DNA of 20,000 nucleotides, from contig JBPGPT010000018.1 in NCBI GenBank assembly GCA_051047955.1, positions 300,511 to 320,510 of the forward strand, in the 5' to 3' direction. The notes below the pieces were generated by a model that was not told the DNA's origin, did not search any database, and worked only from the letters and a program-made list of their open reading frames with translations. Positions within the stretch are counted from its first letter, which is position 1; every line of letters begins with the position of its first letter. A program made the position numbers and the translations under genes. This DNA is from Cystobasidiomycetes sp. EMM_F5 (taxonomy: Eukaryota). Shown here piece by piece: positions 10,856-20,000 of this stretch.

Positions 10856-12891
10856 ATGTCTCTGCCAAATTCTGCCAACATGCTACCACCCATGTCGGGT
10901 CTGGGCAGCGGGCAGCGGCTCATTGTCGTCTCGAACCGGCTGCCAGTGACCATCAAAAAGAACGAAAAGAACGGGGAATGGACCTTTAGCATGTCGTCGG
11001 GAGGGCTCGTGTCGGCGCTGAGCGGGTGCAAAAAGCAGATGGACTTCACCTGGATTGGCTGGCCAGGTGCGCGGTTGCGGGTGTGTCCAATGGCAATTGC
11101 TCGAGGCTGAGAATGTATAAACAGGCCTCGATGTCCCGTTCGAAGAGAGGGAACTCGTGTCCAAGAGGCTCATGGACGAGTACTCGTGCTTGCCCGTCTA
11201 CGTCTCGGACGAGATTGCAGACCGTCACTACAACGGATTCTCAAACAGCATACTGTGGCCGCTGTTTCACTACCGTGGGCGGGCTACACGTATTCATGAA
11301 TTGGGAGTCACTAATTACATTGAGCAACACGCGTAGACCCGGGGGAAATGCTCTTTGACGAAACAAACTGGCTGGCGTACCGCGAGACAAACCTCCTGTT
11401 CGCCGAGGCTCTGCGCAAGGAAGTCAAGAGTGGAGACATGGTCTGGGTGCAAGACTACCATCTCATGCTGCTGCCCATGATGCTGCGCTCGCTCATCGAA
11501 GCGCCAGCGTCCCACTCCGAGTCGACACTACAAGACTTTAAAGACATTCGCAATGGACTCGCCATGTCGGACGCACGGCAGCGGGATCTGCAGCTCGGAG
11601 GCAAGTCGCAAGCAGGAGGTGAACCGATAACCGGAGTCAAGATTGGTTTCTTCCTACACACCCCATTCCCCTCGTCGGAGATTTACAGGATCCTGCCAGT
11701 CAGAAAGGAGATTCTGATTGGTGTACTTCATTGCGACTTGATTGGCTTTCATACGTACGACTATGCAAGACACTTCCTGTCGAGCTGCGCGCGTGTCCTT
11801 GGCTTGTCGACTATGCCGAATGGTGCGGGTGACTGTCCAAGCTGGGTTGCACGATTGAGGCTGAAAACTTCATATTCATTATTACAGGCGTCGAGTTTGA
11901 TGGGAGATATGCGCACGTTGGCACCTTCCCTATCGGTATTGACCCGCAGCAATTCATCGATGTGAGTTGTCACCTTGTCGAATCGGTGCAAACTGTTCAA
12001 ACATTGTCTCTTAGGCCATGGAACGACCAAAAGTCACCAAGCGCATCGCCGAACTCGAGAACCGTTTTGCTGGCGTAAAGATCATCGTAGGTATCGATCG
12101 CCTAGACTACATCAAGGGTGTTCCGCAAAAGCTACATGCGCTCGAGACATTCTTGAATGCTCACCCTGAAATGGTTGGCAAAGTGGTGCTGGTTCAAGTG
12201 GCCGTTCCGAGTCGAGGAGATGTGGAGGAGTACCAGAACCTGCGAGCGTCGGTCAATGAACTCGTCGGTCGTATCAATGGCAAATTTGGTACAGTCGAGT
12301 TTATGCCAATTCATTTCATGCACAAATCGATTCCGTTTGATGAAATGTGCGCGCTGTATGCTGTTTCGGACGCATGCCTCATCAGCTCGACGAGAGATGG
12401 TATGAATTTGGTGGGTGGATGTCGCATATCGGGGATAGTCGTTATATTGATGCTTTCTAACGCAGGTTGCATACGAATTTATCTCGTGTCAACAAAAAAG
12501 ACATGGTTCACTCATACTGTCTGAATTTGCTGGTGCTGCTCATTCCCTCAATGGGTCTATCATTGTAAATCCGGTGAGTCATCTATTTAGCATATGAGAG
12601 GCACGCAGCTCATCATGTGATGCACAGTGGAACACGGATGAGCTCGCCGACGGCATCTACCAGGCCATGTCGATGGAACCCGAATCTCGCAAGACGAATC
12701 ACGAGAAGCTGTTTCGCTACGTTACAAAGTACACAGCGTCGTACTGGGGTACGCACTTTGTGTCTGAGCTCGTCAAGCTCAAGCGGGACGACGACGAGTC
12801 TACAATCCGGCGAAACAGCTTGGTGCAGCGCAAACTTGCTGCCCAAAGCGGGGTATCAAGCGTTGATGGCAGTGCTATTGCGGACGACTAG
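10856..12891 (+). CDS. TPS1: Trehalose-6-phosphate synthase (GT20), ~562 aa, 7 exons
   Basis: Exons 10856-11066, 11125-11274, 11337-11822, 11888-11961, 12015-12410, 12466-12573, 12628-12891. Motifs RLIVVSNRLP, SSGGLVSAL, HYNGFSNSILWPLFHYHPGE, WVQDYHL, GFFLHTPFPSSE, IDRLDYIKGVPQKL, RDGMNLVAYEF, SEFAGAA, VNPWN. There is no phosphatase domain. Confidence 0.97.
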
Positions 12892-13085
12892 ACCGGGACA
12901 AGGGAGGAATCAAAAGTAGGGCGTGAGTTGGTCAGTGCTTGGGAATACACGGCTATCGTCAGCAGTCAGTTCTTGACGTGTACTGTACTACTAATCATAC
13001 AAAAGCCAGAGTAGGCCAGCTATCGCTTTGCAGGAAACTGGCCTGAATTCGTGACATCGTAGGCAATGCATGTATGCCAGTCTAA

Positions 13086-15283
<2,198 letters not shown>

Positions 15284-15429
15284 ATGGGCGTTGTTGTTGC
15301 GAGATTCCTCATGAGGACGTTGTTGTAAACATTTGCCAGTTTTCAATTCAAATTCGAAGTGTTGCTCGTCTCCGTTTACGCGTTTGTTTACCATTCACCA
15401 ATACGCCCATAAAACAATGAAACGACGAT

Positions 15430-17130
15430 ATGGCTGCAGCAAACGGAGCAAACGCAGCCGTGACTATGGTGACGCGCTGGTTGTGCGTTGCAGTTATTGG
15501 CGGGCAATGACCATTTCTAATGACGATATCAAAATAACAGCGCTTCCCAGTATCCGACACTCCGATTCAACGATGAATGGCTGCGTGGTGCGCTGACGGA
15601 GCTGACTGACTTGCTAACGAAACAAACGACGCTGACTTGGCAAGTCCAGACTGCGTGGAATACCTTCGTGAAAACATGGGCTTGTCTGGGCAGCAGCTGC
15701 TCAAAGAAGTCGAGCGCCAGGTGCTGCGGTCGAGCTTGAACGACGCGACGATTCATCATGATCAGCTCATTCCGGATGAAGAGCAAGATGGGGATGCTTT
15801 GCAAGTCAACGGAGCTAGCGAGCATATCCTCTTCAGTGGACGGCAGGGAGGTGTGCTCGTGCAGATTGAGGAGATTGTAGAGATTGGCCATCCAGCGCAC
15901 GATCTCCTCAAACGACATGAAGCGCGTGTAGAAGACAAGAAGGTACTCAAAACGGAAGGCAGGGCTATTCAGCGCGTAAACATGCAACCCGATCCGACAC
16001 AAACTCAGACGAATGGAACGCAGGCTGCAACAGGAGCAGCAGTAGGAGACATTGTCGACAATACACCTGCCAATCGATTCCCCCGGCATATGCTCAAGCT
16101 CGTCGTCAGTGACGGCTGGTCTCAGCGATCTGCCATCGAGTACAGACGGATACAAGGCTTGTCGCTCGAGGACACCCAACTAGGCTGCAAGGTACGTTGC
16201 TACATGACCTATCTTCTCTACCAACCCTTGCTGACGCGTATATTCCAGCTTCTGCTCAAGAACGTCAAGTCACGTAGAGGTATTCTTCTTCTCGACGACA
16301 CGAACTGTATTGTCAAAGGAGGGTTCATTGCCGAACGTGACGAAACACGAGATGAATCACTCGGCGCAACCTTGCGGAAGCGATTGCAGTTAGTCGTGTC
16401 GTCATCCAAGCGTCTTTACACCGCTTACCATCTTCACAGTGGTGATGCAGCAGAAAACGATGAGCAGGATATGCAAGCTGACGTGGAGCCAGACCTATAC
16501 GATCAAGAAATAGCTCAGCCGCAACCGCAACATCGCCCTCTTGCGCAGCGGAATATGCCTCCGCCCGCAGCATCCGCTCCTACCGGGCCATCCTCAAAGG
16601 CGTCTGTCAAATCTCGCAGCAGCATGCAAACGTCTGCCAGCAGTCGTGCTACAGCTTTCCGTGGTACATCTCGTCAAACGGCCCGTCCAGAGACCCGCAA
16701 GAACGGTATTGTCAAAAAGGAAGAGGAGGCCGACCTCGATGCATTGTTGGACGATGCGGACCTAGATGACATCGACATTGACGAGCTAGCATCAGCTGAC
16801 AGGAAGCCTGGCACATCGGGTGCCTTCTCAAAGACCCGTTTTCCTGCAACGAACCGAATTGACGAGGAAGACGAGGATCTGTGGGCTGCTTTAGAAGAAG
16901 CCGAAGCGGCTCCGTCTGCCAAGCAACGCAAAGCATCCTCTTCTGCTCAACAAGTTCAGTCCCGAATGCAACAATCATCAGCACGTCCCACTGTCTCCCA
17001 GAAATTCGTCGACATTGACGATAGTAGCGACGCGGAGCTATCCGCTCAGCTTGTACCACCACAAACCATTACTACCCAGAAACGCCAAATGGCTCCCCAA
17101 CGTCCAACTCGAGTTATTGAGATTGATTAA
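15430..17130 (+). CDS. RMI1: RecQ-mediated genome instability protein 1 (RMI1 N-terminal helical + OB domain, acidic disordered tail), ~490 aa, 5 exons
   Basis: Exons 15430-15482, 15541-15587, 15650-16191, 16249-16388, 16440-17130. Splicing yields YPTLRFNDEWLRDCVEYL...QVLRSSLND, VLVQIEEIVEIGHPA, FPRHMLKLVVSDG...AIEYRRIQGLSLEDTQLGCKLLLKNVKSRRGILLL...IVKGG, which are typical RMI1 OB-fold motifs. The last intron (16389-16439) is in frame and less certain. Confidence 0.9.
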
Positions 17131-17442
17131 TATACTGAGAGAACTTTGGGTTACTTAGACAGAGCAGTCTTCATGTAGCAACCAACGCAACGCGAAACAC
17201 GACATGAAGTTGAAATGCAAAGTGTTGTAGCCCTCAGAGACGTAGTGTCGCAGGAATGGACATTCATAGCATCAATGGTGATTCCATTCTTACTAAGAGC
17301 TACATTGAGCAACGCTGCAGCGTACACTGCACTGCGCGTAAATACATCGACAGCGACAGAAGACTTGGACGCAGATACGACACGGCCATGCTAGACGACG
17401 AATCAGCCCAAAAACGGAAGAGGTAGAGGAAACGGCATTGTT

Positions 17443-18469
17443 TCAGCCAAGCACCTTTGGCCTCTTTGCCTTTTTACCGCCCTTTTGAAAGCTTCGCCAG
17501 TCTGTGACTCTGGTTTCGCGCGAGTCTGTGGGAATGCATGGTCATAATGCATCAGCTTGAACATCGAACCTTGCATCGATAAATAGCAGCGGCAGAGTGC
17601 TAGATACTCACCTTCCCACGCAGCCTTGTCCTCCATCTTTCGTTTCCGCTCTTCTTGTGCTTTCTCGACGCGCTGCGCTTCTGCACCCTCGGCAATCATC
17701 TGCATCTTGTTACCGCGCCGACGCCTAAGCTCGTCATCAATCATGATTTCCTTTGTCTTTGCCTTGACTCGCTCGCGCAGCGGTGGGAGAAGGAAGCGGA
17801 GCTTGTCGTGCGAATCTGGAGCTTCAGGTGGAACGCCTAGACCGCGAAGAATTAACATACGTGCATCTGCACTATTCACATCATTGCGGTCGATTAGCAC
17901 GGAGATAATCAACGTTTGTTCAACGGGTACCTACATTGTTCTGTCGAGATTCCTGTTGATAATGGTCAGACTGACGATATGAGCATGCAAACGTGATTGC
18001 AACTCACTTCCGCTTCTCTACGTCTAGTAATTCCGTTTCCGCCTTCTTGAGTAGATCGAATGCCTCGGGGCCGCGAGCATGCTTGAAACGATCCGGATGG
18101 ATCATCAGCGACTTCTTGCGGTATACCTTGTCTGCAGCGTGCCAGCAATCAGTCTTCGTACTGAATTTAGACATATCTAATCGAGCATACGTATTTCATC
18201 ATCCGTCGCTGCAGTCTCGAGGTCTAGAATCTCGTACGGATTGAGCTTGAAGGCTTTGAGGATTCTCATCGCCTGAGTATTTACCATGGCAGTAACATCA
18301 GAACAGTCTATCAAGCACCAATGAGACCTCTGCGCACCTCCTCCTCACGGACGAGATTGGACGCCTCTGCCGCCAGGATGGCATCGATATCGCTCGTGTC
18401 GACCGGGTCGAGATCTGCATTCGCTTTGGATGAGGACTGAATCGGGGTAAACTTGGAAGTACTGGCCAT
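17443..18469 (-). CDS. SPF31: J-domain co-chaperone of the DNAJC8/Spf31 family, ~232 aa, 6 exons
   Basis: Exons 18469-18338, 18272-18191, 18131-18008, 17952-17935 (18 bp), 17871-17612, 17525-17443. Motifs RILKAFKLNPYEILDL, YRKKSLMIHPDR (HPD), AFDLLKKA, DDELRRR, WEDSRETRVTDWRSFQKG and the basic C-terminus KKAKRPKVLG. Confidence 0.9.
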
Positions 18470-18679
18470 TGTTATTCTCTGATGCCTCTGGCTGGCTCGG
18501 TCTATCCGTCGCTTGAGGAGCCTTTTAAACGCTGCGAGCTCAGGTTTAGACCTGCAGACTGCTGTACGTTTGATGTAGTTTGCGAGTCCTTCTTGCTGAG
18601 CAGCGTTTGTCTCTGTCAGGTTTGCGGTCAAGTTGGCGCAGAACAAACCAGTGACGGCCTGTTTGGCGACGGGCAAAGT

Positions 18680-18710
18680 GCAATAAGAACATGAAGCAAT
18701 AAGAACATGA
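18680..18710. repeat. Direct tandem duplication, 2 x GCAATAAGAACATGA (16-bp period)
   Basis: Identical 15-mers at 18680-18694 and 18696-18710, in the 345-bp spacer between the GST stop and the J-protein start. Confidence 0.9.
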
Positions 18711-18814
18711 GGCTTGTAATGCAACGCTACAGAGACGAGCTAAACATCCTCCAAGTTTCTAGCTTCTGAGATTGAATTGAATTGGATTGACTACAATGAC
18801 GACGTCTCCGCCGC

Positions 18815-19795
18815 CTACGGCAAGCCACGCCCACTGTTGATGGCATTCGCAACTTGACTTGTGTTGGGTCTGTTTTCAGCGTAGCGCGCGTAAGAGTCGA
18901 GGTAGAGCTCGTCATCCGAGCACGTACCCGCAACGGCGGGATGCGCAAAGAGTCGCCGTAGGTATGCATTGAACTTGTCGCCTGATGGTGTCTGGAAGCC
19001 TCGGTAGGGTTTTAGCACCTTGTCCATCCTGTACAACCAGGGTACAGCCATCACATCTTGCCAGCCCAGGCTGTTTCCTTCCTTCCAGAGACCCAAGGCT
19101 TCGGGACACTCCTTCTCCGCTTTCTCGAACAGATCAACCAGCTTTTCAATGGTCCCGACAAACTCCTTGGCCCCCTCGGCATGCTTCTCGGGCTCTTGTG
19201 CTTGAAGATAGCGGTAGAAAGCGGGGACAAGATGTCGGCTGACGTGATCTGCTTGATATCTCGCGACCGAACGAGCGTCTGTACAGACGTCATGAGCACG
19301 TTAAGATGTACCAACGGCAAAACTTACATAGGTCTTTGGGTAACAGAGCCGGTTTGCCTTGACTCTCGGCGAGCTCGTCAATGAAGAGCATTATTATCTC
19401 CGATTCTGACACGGCTCTTGGAGGACTGCTTTCGTTCAGTTTCAATCCTGGGACTAGGCCACGTGGAGACACCTCCAGCAAGTCCTTTGGCTTCTCATAT
19501 GGGTCTACCTGCACGAATGATGGACATCAGTTATAGAAATGTGTGTCTGCCAGTTTACAGACTTCATAGTAGATATACGGGATCTCGCTGTAATCCAGGG
19601 ACACCCAGCTCCGCTGTACGAAAGGGCAGAAGCATGATCCGAACAGAGTGTATGGAGCTTCCTGGGTGTGCCTTTGCACGTTCTGTAGCGCCTTTCCGGA
19701 TGCCTGTGATACAACGCTACGTCATCAGTTTTTCGCTGAAGAAGCACGAGCCTGCCCACCTGTTTGTGATATCCTGCTGCGCTCTTCTGTGTCAT
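18815..19795 (-). CDS. Glutathione S-transferase with active-site Cys (CPF motif; omega-like), ~273 aa, 4 exons
   Basis: Exons 19795-19760, 19703-19563, 19508-19328, 19278-18815. Motifs LFGSCFCPFVQRSW, YYEVDPYEKPKDLLEVSPRGLVPGL (cis-Pro), SESEIIMLFIDE, HLVPAFYRYLQAQ, WQDVMAVPWLYR, YLDSYARYAENRPNTSQVANAINSGRGLP. Confidence 0.9.
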
Positions 19796-20000
19796 TATGC
19801 TGTATTGCAAAGATCTGATTGTGATTATCTTTGATCTGATAATCTTTTGGGATATTTGCAATGAAAACGGATCAGCGTGCGACAATGCTCTTGACGGCTT
19901 AGTCATCAAGGGTCACGGTTACACAGCCCGGTTGCAGTAGTTCATTGACCTGACAGGATGTGCTACTCTCTCAATGCATAGCCTGCATGCTAGTCTGAAC

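Noticed and set aside
15529..16179. 216-aa antisense ORF over RMI1, and other antisense or alternative-frame ORFs (e.g. 1364-1870, 14639-15094, 6835-7344)
   Set aside because: Shadows of real coding exons with no recognisable domains, as expected at this GC content.
18470..18724. In-frame upstream extension of the J-domain gene
   Set aside because: It starts at TTG with no ATG. The ATG at 18469 gives a normal-length Spf31/DNAJC8 protein.

Overview
Gene-dense, intron-rich fungal genomic DNA, most likely a basidiomycete; the many GTGCGN/GTGGGN donors suggest Pucciniomycotina or a similar yeast, which is inference. I reconstructed nine spliced protein-coding genes by hand, with 41 GT-AG introns of 49-89 bp. 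All nine splice into uninterrupted reading frames. In order: an SLC45/SUT-type sugar transporter (+), an Avt3/Avt4-type vacuolar amino-acid transporter (+), a ~726-aa uncharacterised protein (-), a 12-exon secreted, probably GPI-anchored CE4 chitin deacetylase (+), TPS1 (+), CYP51/ERG11 (+), RMI1 (+), a DNAJC8/Spf31 J-domain protein (-) and a CPF-motif omega-like glutathione transferase (-). I saw no RNA genes, transposons or CRISPR arrays. The best lead is the uncharacterised minus-strand gene. Its conserved blocks appear collinear with the DUF4502/first OB-fold region of metazoan SPIDR, a Shu-complex/RAD51/BLM scaffold, as I recall that sequence, so it may be a fungal SPIDR-like recombination factor. 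It lies ~8 kb from an RMI1 whose tail carries candidate RPA-binding and SUMO-interacting motifs.
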